From: Antechinus flavipes
Taxonomy: Eukaryota
Direction of reading: 5' to 3'
Length of the DNA: 64,000 nt
NCBI RefSeq assembly: GCF_016432865.1
Contig: NC_067399.1
Location: 75,950,001-76,014,000, forward strand
Within the stretch, counting starts at the first letter, position 1; every line of letters starts with the position of its first letter. The position numbers were made by a program, and so were the translations under genes. A model generated the notes under the pieces. The model saw only the letters and a program-made list of their open reading frames with translations. It had not been told where the DNA came from and did no database searches. Positions 53,570-64,000 of the stretch are shown here, piece by piece.

Positions 53570-54775
53570 TAACTTTCATGCCCTAAGTTGCAGCTAGATT
53601 GTTCTAATGATCATTTTTTCTTTAGAGATTGGAATATGACTGAAGCCAGTTACTAGAATGGAATTCCCATGTAATTCTATTTGTGGAAATACATACCATT
53701 TTCAAGGCAAAGGGCAGGTGATATAGCCTCTATGAAGCACTTCCTAATGCACACAGCTATAAGCAACAAAACACTACTGAATCAATCTGACCATTCCTAT
53801 GCATCTATCATATTCCATTGTGTCTATTCCAATCCACTGTGCTACATAGTATATTTCTTGTGGAAAAATAATATGCCATTTTTCATCTTTATTTCTCCAG
53901 TATACAACAGCAAATTGTTGTTTTTAATATATGCTGAATTTAACTGTATTGCTAGGAGACCTTCTTAAGAAAAGATTTCTGCTAATGAAGACTTGGTAGA
54001 CTGGACAAGGAAATAAGACTTAAAAATATAAGACTATCAGGAAATTTCCCTTTGAGAACATAATTTCCTTTTCCATGAAACTTGCTGTGTCTTACAGCTC
54101 CACCCTACCCTCTTCTCTACCAACTGCTAAAACTTCCACTCTGTGATACTGTGCTCCCATTGATGAACTTTTATTTTGTCTTGATCTTAAACTGCCTCTC
54201 CTTTCCTCTCCTCCCATCCAGCCCATATTGCTTTCTTCATACCATGGCCCAGAGTGAAATTCCTCTCACATTTCCATCCCTCCTCTTTCTAATTCTTGCT
54301 CTGAAAACACAATCAAATCAATACTACTATTCTTGGAAAGGACACATCAATCATTTATCCTATAATTCTAATCACTATTTCTTCAGACTTCCCCAACCAA
54401 AACATTCCTTCCTGGTCACCATTCCTTATATATTATCTTTCCCTGTTAAAATGTAAACTCCTCAAGAACAGAACCTGTTTTCCTTGCTTCTATTTTGCAT
54501 TCCCCATTTTTAATGGCATAGAGCACTGAATGAGAGCAAATGAATGAAAGAATGATTCAGGACTATAATGTATGAATGGGATATGGGGAAAAGAATAATA
54601 TTACTGGACTACAAAGAAGGGTTTAACTAGAATAGAATGAAGTAGATTAGGATCAAGTTCTGGAGGAGATTCTGAGTCCTAAAAATTAGGTGTATGAACA
54701 TACATAAACATTATGTCTCAGAGAGAACTTCTTTATAGGGGAAAGAACAGGGGAACCTGGACACATGTTTATAAC

Positions 54776-54808
54776 TAATAAGTTTCTCAGGGAGCAAAGG
54801 TCCCCAGT
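54776..54808 (+). promoter_or_regulatory. OR4 promoter module (TAATAA + O/E-like sites)
   Basis: aacTAATAAgtTTCTCAGGGAgcaaaggTCCCCAGTG; spacing identical to the other three modules despite divergent flanks. Confidence 0.65.
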
Positions 54809-55006
54809 GTCTGGGATATGGAAGAAGGAGAAAGAGACAAGAGACAAGAGAAAGAGAGAGGGAGAGAGAGAAAGAGAGAGAGAGAGAGATGGGAAGGAGG
54901 GAGAGAGAGAGTAAAGGTGAAAAATCCTGACTTGAGGAGGGTCAAGAATGCTTCAAGAAAACAGAAACAAGAAACAATGTCCTCAAACTCCACTCAGGAT
55001 AATCAG
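54809..55006 (+). other. Predicted 5' exon of OR4 (donor CAG|GTAAGC at 55006/55007), containing a (GA)-rich expansion
   Basis: 3' part (acagaaacaagaaacaatgtcct...tcagg...ag|gtaag) aligns with the exons of OR1-3. Confidence 0.55.
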
Positions 55007-55539
55007 GTAAGCTGGAAGGGAGCTAGGAAGAGATGATTTTTAATGTCTGCATTTCAGGTATCATAAAAGTTGTGACCTATGATCCCAATGCAAAGTGAAT
55101 TGTTCTCAAAGAGACAAATTTCCTTTTTTAAGTATTTTAATGGCTAAATATTTCTTTTATAGAATACAATGTCAAGTCAAGGAATTTTTTTGTTTTTGCC
55201 TTGATTAACACTATTAATAGGGATAATAGGTATTTGATTTTGGAAAATTGTGGAAGTGATTTTAATGTCTCTTCTGAATTGAATCAGTAACCCTAAAGTT
55301 ACTGGATGATATCCTTTTATTCTGATGTTTACTGCATTCCCTCAGGCTTCTATCTCTTTCTCATAATTCAGCTTTAGACAGCAATAAGAAGTACAGTTGG
55401 ATGACAGAAAAAGGTAAAATTGAAGAGAGAAATGAGTGCCACACTGTAGATCCCTAGCAGTAGCTTACCAATGGAGAGAACCATCTTAGACAAGAATCTA
55501 TAAATCCAAAGTGATATAGCTAATGTAAACACCAGACAT

Positions 55540-56177
55540 TGGGATTCAGTTATGTGAAGAATTCACAATGACCATTGCCTTTGGCAAAAGGCAGATTTAT
55601 TTAGGGAAGAGGTCACAGACAAAATGAAGGGATACAATGGATACCAGGAATGGTAAATATGAAATAGAGTGGGAGAATATGACAAGTTCCTTAGTGGAAC
55701 TCAACTTATCCAGTAGAAAGGGAGAACCCCATGAGGTTGGGACATGTCCTTAGTTAGCAAGCTAAATCCATAGAGAAGTTACCCTAAAAGAATTAGTTAG
55801 CTACAAGAAGTGAGGTTGAAAAACACACTGGAGTTAAGAGAGTCATCATGTAGATGGGGGAGTGATATGGAGAAAGACATCATGAGACAGAGTACTAGGG
55901 CAGACTGATCTAAAGGAGGACAATCAAGGGATGGGATATAGGTAGAACCTCAGGGACATGACTGGAATTTCTGACAGGACATAATAAAGTGAGATTGCCT
56001 AAGAATCCTGCAGAGGGTGAGTCTCAGGGATTTGACTTAACTTAGATTTTTGACTGAATGACCTACAGAAGTTGGAACACCAGAGCTAAACTAATATCTA
56101 TCAGTGCCTTTTTCCTGATTGCCTCAAGAACCAGTTCTTCAGTTTCTCTCTGTCCAACACTATTCAGGTCCTCATCA
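55540..56177 (-). mobile_element. LTR related to 48695-49383
   Basis: Shared termini and internal motifs; different flanks suggest an independent insertion. Confidence 0.7.
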
Positions 56178-57666
56178 CAAAACATCAAATGAAATCAAAT
56201 GCTGTGTCTCATCACAGCTCATTCACCAATAGTGTGAGCTTTTTCCAGAGTGTAAATAATATCTCCCAAGACAATTCAAACAAAAAATTCAAACAAAAAA
56301 AAAAAAAGAGAGAGAATTAAGTATACAGTAGAAAACTGCAAGATGTGCATGTTGTTTTTGTTCAGTTGTTATGTTCAAAGGTGTTTGTGTTCAACTCTTC
56401 ATAACTTCATTTGTGGTTTTCTTTACCAAGATGCTGAAGTGGTTTATCATTTCTGTCTCCAGCTCTCTGAGTAAAGCAGAATTGCAGTGGCACAAATTTA
56501 GAGACATCTCCATTCCAAATATTTGTACAGCCTATTTGTGTCCAACATACAATAGAGCCTATCTAGCTTGTAGCCACAGCCAAACACACTGTACACTGTA
56601 CATTGACATATACAGTGTCATTTTAACCCTCTTTGAATATTAAGAAACATCACCAATTTTCAACTCACCGTACATATGATGTAACTGAGACACAGAAGGT
56701 TTAAGTGATTAGCTAGGGAGCAACTGAGTCTAAATTTGAATTCAGAATTTCCTGACTCTAGGCTTAGTGCTCTATCCACTGCATCACCTAATTGCCTTTA
56801 TCCTTGATAAGTTCAAACTTAATTATGGAATAGGATATAGAACTTTTAAGAATATGATTACTGAACTGCTTCTAAAATTCATGGTAAATGCAAAGCCTAT
56901 TATAGAACCATATTATTAACTGCTACATTTATATAGGAATGGTTTCTGAAAGCAGTAGTAAGAGAATCAATATTCTCTAAAAGAGAATTTGTTCATTGAA
57001 AACAAATCATACCAGACTAATCCCATTTCATTTTTTGATGTTTCCTAAATGACTAGAGGAAGGAAATACTGCAAACAAAGGATAGCCAGATTTTGGCAAG
57101 CCATTTGGCATAGTCTCACATGATATTTTTGTATATAAGATTAAAAAAAGATGTTGTCTGGATAATTGTTGCTCCTAAGTCTAAATTTCACGATTGTACC
57201 CAAAGTACCCAAATAATTATTGGATCCATTTGAACTCAGAGTGGTAAGTCTCTAGAATGGTACCTCAAGGTTCTTTTTTTGGTCTGTTTAAATACTTTTA
57301 TCAATGACTTGATTGAAGACAAAGACAGGATGCTTAACAAATTTGTATTAAATATTAAGTGGAAGAAGTTATTAATACATTGAATAATAGGCTTTAAATA
57401 CAAAAAGATACCAATAAGGTATAATAGTCATATCATATTTGTATATTATATATCATTAATGCATTATATTTCATATGATTATTGCATATAACATGTGTGT
57501 ATTTTATGATTACCCATTGTGTTATGTGTAACACATGCAATGTAATATATAATGTAAGCCTATTAATATTATTTCTTAACCTTATATTTAAAACATCAAT
57601 TATACAAACACATGATGTGGAAAACTTGGCTAAGAAGCATATGATGTACAAAGAAGCTGAGGATTA

Positions 57667-57832
57667 GGATAGCTAGGTGGTGCAGTGCATAGAGCACCAG
57701 CCCTGAAGTCAAGAGGACCTGAGTTCAAATTTGACCTCAGATACTTAACACTTTACACTTTCTAACTGTGTGACCTTGGGCAAGTCACTTAACTCCAATT
57801 GCCTTAGCAAAAAAAAAAAAAAAAAAAAAAAA
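57667..57832 (+). mobile_element. Marsupial tRNA/CORE-SINE (WSINE1-like) with A24 tail
   Basis: gg.agctaggtgg.gcagtg.atagagcaccagccctgaagtcaagaggacctgagttcaaat (A/B box-like) plus poly-A. Confidence 0.85.
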
Positions 57833-60238
57833 CTAAGGATTTTACTAGACTGCAAATATTTGTCAGTAAGAATCAATAGTGATATCATACATATAGAAGC
57901 AAATGTGATTTTAGACTACCACTGACAGAACTGCAATGTCCAAAGGGAGGGAGATTCTAGTCCCACTATTCTCTGCCTAGCGAAACCACATTTGCAGGGT
58001 TATGATTCTATCTGGGTGTCAGGCAAATACAGTGACATACTTCATTATGTTTGAGAAGAGAGGCAAGGATGGTGAGCAAAGCCATGCAATATCACAAAAT
58101 GAGATTTTCTCATTTGAATAGTACCTCAAATTCAGAACTATACAAGATGGGAATATCTAAGTTTACCCTGAAACCACAACAACTGATTCCAAATTGTTCT
58201 TTGCATTATGTCACACTATCCAGTTTGCTTACTTAAAGAAATTTGATACATTTTGTCTAAAAAAGAGAGAGAGAGAGAAGCCCTATTTAAGAAGTTGGAA
58301 AGTGAAATTACTTCTTTTTAAAATATTAAATGATATATTTTATAAGAGGTATTAACTTTGTTCTTGTCCCTTGAAGCAAAACTATATCAAATAAGTAAAA
58401 ATTACAAAGAGATATATTTGGAAACAGAAGACAAATCTTGTTTTTAAACTGCGAGAGCTGTCCATATCTGGCATGAGCAATATCAGGTAATCCTACATAT
58501 TCACCAGAAAAATGGGATTGCTTGCAGAAGTCAGGTGACTGAGGAAAAAAATAAATGCATATGTACAGGCAGAAATCAATTGTATCACGAGGAGGATGAA
58601 ACTGTTTTCTAGAACATCTGATTTAAAGGAGAGTATAAGAAAGAATCTTCTGTTCTGGATAAATGGACAGGTTGAGAATAAAGAATTTAAACAAAGATGA
58701 TTTTTTTTTCCCAATTCATGTTTTTTTTTTTTTACTTAAACTAGAATTTATTTTTCTTACTTAAGCTGGAAGGGACTAGACTTGATGATTGCTAAGTTTC
58801 CTTTCAACCCTGTAATGCCAGAAACAAACTCCTAAAAGACATGTATTTATTAAAAAATCATTTAAAAATCAAAAACAATTGCCAGGGATAATCACTTTTT
58901 TAAATCATACATTTTAATAAATATGTATTTTCAAGATCATATAGAACCTAAGAGTGTAAGATATGGAAGAGATCTGAGATTTCATCTAAACTCCTCATTT
59001 TGTAAGTGAAAAAACTGTTGCCCAAAAAAGACCGTTATCCTGAGTCAAACAGTAAACAAATAGTTGAATTGAAATTCTAAGTCAAATCTCCCAACTCCCA
59101 AGCCAGTACTCCTTTTGTTTTTCTATTTTCATAGATCATTGTTTGGATTAAGATCCTACCAACCATAGAACAAACTTTTTTGAAAGGCAGTGAGCTTTCT
59201 AAGTCTGGAAATCTTCAAGAAGAGGTGAGATGACCATTTGTCAGGAATATTATAAAGGGGATTTTTGTTCAAATAAGAGTCTCTGAGACTCCTTCCAACT
59301 CTAAAATTCCATGATTCTCTGATTTCAATTTGATCAAGGAAAGATAAGAAAATCTATAAGAAAATTCACAAGCCACAAGCCACAATGTTCTCCCTAGTTA
59401 CTTAAACATTATTATTTTCCTTGGTAGGTGGGTCTACCTAACATATCTTCAGTGGAACTCATACTGTTTCCTTCAAAAGATTTGGCCAAATTTATTCAAT
59501 TCCATTTGCCCAACTGGATTCTGGAATTCATTCTGGAAAGGATGCTAATACTTTCCTCAGATATATTGGCCAGAGTTGTTTTATTCTACTTTTTCAGCCC
59601 AGATACATTGCTCCCCTAATTAGCAAGATCTTGAATGCTACAGTAATGAATTGGGTTTATGTGCTAGGAAACAGGTCTTGGTTGAACATTTCAGGGTAAC
59701 AAATGCTGGTCACAAAATATGATCATCACAAGACCACATAACTAGTAAGATGGTTAATTGGAAGATGAACAGCTGAAATTCATAGACTCTTAAGTCAATC
59801 ATTTACCCAGAAGAGGAATACTCTCAGAAATATCCCTAACAGGTGTCCATTCAACCTAAATTTGAAGTCAAGGTGACTGGACTTCACTGCCTAACAAACT
59901 AATTTGGTCCACTATCAGCTGAGAACAGACAAGCGGAAAGAGTATGTGATAAAACTGGGGACCTGTTTAAATCCCAGTTCAACCATTTATTCACATATCT
60001 ATTCTATGAACTATTTCTTCACATAAATATTCTTCAAATTCTATGAACTATTTCTTCACATAAAATTATGGACTAGACTTGATGATTGCTAAGTTTCCTT
60101 TCAACCCTGTAATGCTAGAAACAAACTCCTAAAAGAGATATGTGTTTATTAAAAATCATTTAAAAATCAAAAACAAAACAAAACAAAACAAAATTTAGTT
60201 TAATTTTCTCTAATGAATGAATTTTTGTTTTCTTTCAG

Positions 60239-61204
60239 ATGAAGCAAATTCATGATGAAAATGGGAATCAAACTATTATCTCTGAGTTCCTTCTCCTGGG
60301 CATGCCTATTCAACCAGAGCTAAAAGCGCCTTTCTATGCCCTCTTTCTTACTATGTACCTTACAACAGTCCTTGGGAACATGCTCATCATCCTCTTGATC
60401 TATGTGGATTCCCACCTACATACACCCATGTATTTGTTCCTCAGCAATCTGTCCTTCTCTGATATGTGCTTCTCTTCTGTGACAATTCCCAAACTGCTGG
60501 TAAACATGCAGAGCTCAAAGCCAATCATCTCTTACACTAACTGTCTGACCCAATTGTACTTCTTCCTTTTGTTTGCAGATGTGGAGAGCTTCCTGCTGGT
60601 AGCCATGGCCTATGACCGGTATGTGGCCATCTGCTACCCATTGCACTACACAGTCATGATGAGCCCTAAGTTATGTGGTTCTCTTCTGGCACTGTCCTGG
60701 GCCTTGACTTTCTCCATTTCCTTACTGCATACCCTACTAGTATCCCAGGTAGTCTTCTGTGACAGCAACATAATCCTCCATTTCTTCTGTGACATGTCTG
60801 CTCTGCTGAAACTGGCTTGTTCAGACATCCACATCAATGAGCTCATGATCTTTATCTTTGGGGGGTTTGTTCTTGTAGTTCCATTCCTGCTAATTATTGC
60901 ATCTTATTCCTGTATTCTCTTTTCTATACTCAAGGTGCCCTCTGTGAGGGGCATCCGCAAAGCCTTTTCTACCTGTAGCTCCCACCTCTCTGTAGTCTCT
61001 CTCTTCTATGGTACAATCATTGGGCTCTACTTGTGCCCTTCAGCCAATAATTCCACAGTCAAGGAGACAGTCATGTCCATCATGTACACTGTGGTAACAC
61101 CAATGCTGAACCCTTTTATCTATAGTCTAAGGAATCAAGATATGAAAGGGGCTTTCAAGAAACTCCTGGAAGGAAGAAAATTCCCCTTCTTTTTGAAACT
61201 CTGA
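60239..61204 (+). CDS. OR1E-like: Olfactory receptor OR1E-like (OR4), 321 aa, intact, most divergent paralog
   Basis: All OR motifs present; ATG after acceptor ttctttcag. Confidence 0.96.
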   Translation: MKQIHDENGNQTIISEFLLLGMPIQPELKAPFYALFLTMYLTTVLGNMLIILLIYVDSHLHTPMYLFLSNLSFSDMCFSSVTIPKLLVNMQSSKPIISYTNCLTQLYFFLLFADVESFLLVAMAYDRYVAICYPLHYTVMMSPKLCGSLLALSWALTFSISLLHTLLVSQVVFCDSNIILHFFCDMSALLKLACSDIHINELMIFIFGGFVLVVPFLLIIASYSCILFSILKVPSVRGIRKAFSTCSSHLSVVSLFYGTIIGLYLCPSANNSTVKETVMSIMYTVVTPMLNPFIYSLRNQDMKGAFKKLLEGRKFPFFLKL

Positions 61205-61606
61205 TGTTGAGGCTTGTATCACAATTCTTTAAAATAAAGATGAGAATATATATTATAATAATAATTTGGGAAATTGGAATGTAAAACATATCCTTTTTGA
61301 TCACTTTGCTTCTATTTCACTGATTCCTTTCCCATTTATCCTCATAGCAAATTATCTTTGTTCAATACACTTTTTATTACATTTCTCCCCTGAACAAATA
61401 CCATTCAATATTTCCATCCCTGACTGACTTTTCCTGCTTCAAGTCTCCCTACTCCCCTGCCCATAGTCTACATTCCAGCCAGTCTAGTTTTGTACACCAC
61501 ATTTCCCCACCTTCATATTTCAGTTCACCTTATCCTTAAAAATCCAGCTCAAATTCATCTTCATTCATTCAATCAATTTTTATTAAATATATACTGTTGC
61601 TAGTGG

Positions 61607-61860
61607 ACAACTAAATAGTGCAATGGGTCAAGTGCTGCACCTGGAGTCAGGAAGACTCATCTTTCTGAGTTCAAATCTGGCCTCAAATACTTACTAGCTG
61701 CATAACACTGAACAAGTCACTTAACCTTGTTTTCTCATCTATAAAATAAGCTAGAAAAGAAAATGGCAAACTAATCCTCTGTCTTTGCCAACAAAACAAC
61801 AAGTGGAGATAATGAAGAGTTGGGCACAATTGAAATGACTGAATAACAAAATAGTATTGT
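61607..61860 (+). mobile_element. MIR/CORE-SINE
   Basis: ctggagtcaggaagact...gagttcaaatctggcctca.atacttactagctg...caagtcacttaacc pattern. Confidence 0.65.
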
Positions 61861-62617
61861 TAGACTTTTTATTAGACACTAACTTTCAAAAGCATTCAAG
61901 GACCATCTCTGCCTAAGGATAGATAAATCTATCCTCAAAACTCCTAAAACATTTTGCCTCTATCATTCATTTAACAATTTTTTTATATTCAGTCTTACTA
62001 AATATTTTTCCTATAACTAGGACAGTTATTTCAATATATTGAGATTACTAAGCTTTTCACATGTCAAGGTCCTATCTCACCCAGATAGATTGTAAGATCT
62101 TTTAGAAGAAGGAACATTTCAATCATCACTATTAATAGTTGACAATGTCACTCTAAGATTATAAACCATTTTTATACGCATTGTTTAATGTAATCTTTAC
62201 AATAACTATGAAGTAAATAGTACACTTAGAATTACTACCCTCATTTTACAAAATATTGTAGGGTCATATGAAGTAGTTTTCCCAAAATTACATAGCTAGT
62301 AACCATCAAAACCAGGACTTCACAGGAGTGCTGTTTCAGTTATGTTGATATTATTAGCATAGTTTTCCCTAAGATGGGAATATTATAATGCCTTTTCATT
62401 GGGGGAAGGAGAAATTTTTAACTAAAACAGCTTAATTTAAAAATGATTACTAATTACTCTAAACTCCATGTAACTCATTAAAAGTGTAAGTTACAGATTT
62501 ATTAACATATTTGTGAAAGAAGTTTCCTTACCAAGACTCCCCTATACCAATGAAGTTACAGATACTGTTTTTGAAAATACAAATATAGTATTACTTTTTT
62601 TAAATATATACACTTTA

Positions 62618-62755
62618 GGGCAGCTAGGTGGCACAGTGGATAGAGCACCAGCCCTGAAGTCAAGAGGACCAGAGTTCAAATCTGGCCTCAGCCCACTTAA
62701 CACTTCCTAGCTCTGTGACCCTGGGCAAGTCACTTAACCCCAACTGCCTCAGCCA
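62618..62755 (+). mobile_element. WSINE1-like SINE
   Basis: Close match to 57667-57808. Confidence 0.85.
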
Positions 62756-64000
62756 AATATATATACATGCATTTTTCATAACAGATTTAGATGGTAAGAT
62801 TTTAAAATGTTCTATTATAAAAATATTATTGAAGCATGATATTCTTTGTGGTTATAGATTGGAGTAATGACTACTTAATGAAAATATCATTAAAGAACTC
62901 TGTGATCAGATAAGAAGGTAGGGCAATCATGGAGCAAAAGACAAAAAATGAACAGTATTGTATGTTTGTGTATGTGTGAGTTATATACATGCCTCATTGA
63001 TATACCAGTAATGTTCAGAAACCTAAAAAAGGGCCCCCAAAATATTGGGCAAAGTTCCTTGTGAAGGAATGACAGAGGGACATGGACAAAGATTGTACTG
63101 GATAAAAAAGTATGTCCAGTTCATAAGGAAGTTGGATGGATGATGGGAGTATTCAAACTATGCTATATGATGGTTGAAAGAATAGCAGGTATTTAATTTG
63201 GTGAAAACTTAAGGAAGAAGAGTAAGATATCTCTTATTAAATATTTAAAAGATTTCTATGAGGGAAAGGGATTAGATTTCTTTTGCTTGACTTCCATGGA
63301 AGTCTGGAAGTATTGGGGCCATGCAATAGAAGATTAAAATTCAACGTAAGAAAGAAGTTTTTAGCAATTAGAAGCACTCCAAAAAAGAAAGGGATGCCTT
63401 CAAAGGAAATTAATTCTTTAGCATTCTAGGTATCAAAGAAGCAAACTAACAATCTATTCTTTCCCAAGCTAAAATAAGAGAATAAAAATTTGTGCCCAAC
63501 CTCTTTCCCAACGGAGAAAGAGGAAGCAGGTTACTAATTTATGCTTAGATTTAAAGCCATTAGGTTTGAACATGGTGATTCTTTATCCTCCTAAAAAGAT
63601 AGGGGAAGACAAGGAAGAAGCTCTGGGAATGGCCTATGTTCTTCTCAAATGCCAAGATTGGGCTCATTTTCAATAGCTCTGGAAAGATAGCACATTCTCT
63701 GAACTACTGCTACCTTCTAGATATTAAAAGAAAAAGATTTCCAGTATTTTGGGTGGATCCTCTTTGAAAGATTTATGAGAAACCATAGACATAAGAAATA
63801 GAAATAAGAATTGTAATTTGCCTCAAGGAAGTAAATATTCACACTGATGAAGTCACAGTCCAGTTAGAATATGAAAACAACCATATAGACATTTGTATCC
63901 TACCACATATAAATACAAAGATAAAGAGATAAGTGTAAAGGTAAAACATATCATGCAGCAAAAACATAGGACTAGAATTCAGGAAAACTAAATTCTCATC

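Noticed and set aside
59410-59700. Long open frames upstream of OR4
   Set aside because: No recognisable homology; within chance expectation.

Overview
AT-rich, CpG-poor mammalian DNA. The repeat content (WSINE/CORE-SINEs, BovB/RTE LINEs, an L1 with a long inter-ORF spacer) points to a marsupial, probably a dasyurid (inference). It is part of an olfactory receptor cluster with four intact, same-strand OR1E-like genes (10671, 33110, 40304, 60239). Three lie in clearly recognisable tandemly duplicated units; the fourth is more diverged. Each CDS starts right after a splice acceptor. Each has, 2.8-10.2 kb upstream, a conserved homeodomain + O/E (Ebf) promoter module and a 5' exon with a GT donor. 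The rest is mostly LINE, SINE and LTR debris. The outstanding object is a 1,904-bp element (27321-29224) in the predicted 5'-UTR intron of the second OR. It contains an intronless JUNO/IZUMO1R-like (folate receptor family) cDNA whose 3' ~400 bp is repeated in inverted orientation. Both ends are the same ERV LTR U3 terminus (TG...CA), and it is flanked by a perfect 6-bp target-site duplication (GGGTAA). It looks like a retroviral-integrase-inserted fold-back copy of an egg-receptor mRNA that could be transcribed into a long hairpin. Secondary observations include a gene-conversion tract between OR1 and OR2, an L1 3' transduction, a gag/RT/env-less mini-provirus and a possible spliced N-terminal extension of OR4. 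Percent identities were counted by eye and are approximate; repeat family names were not checked against a database.
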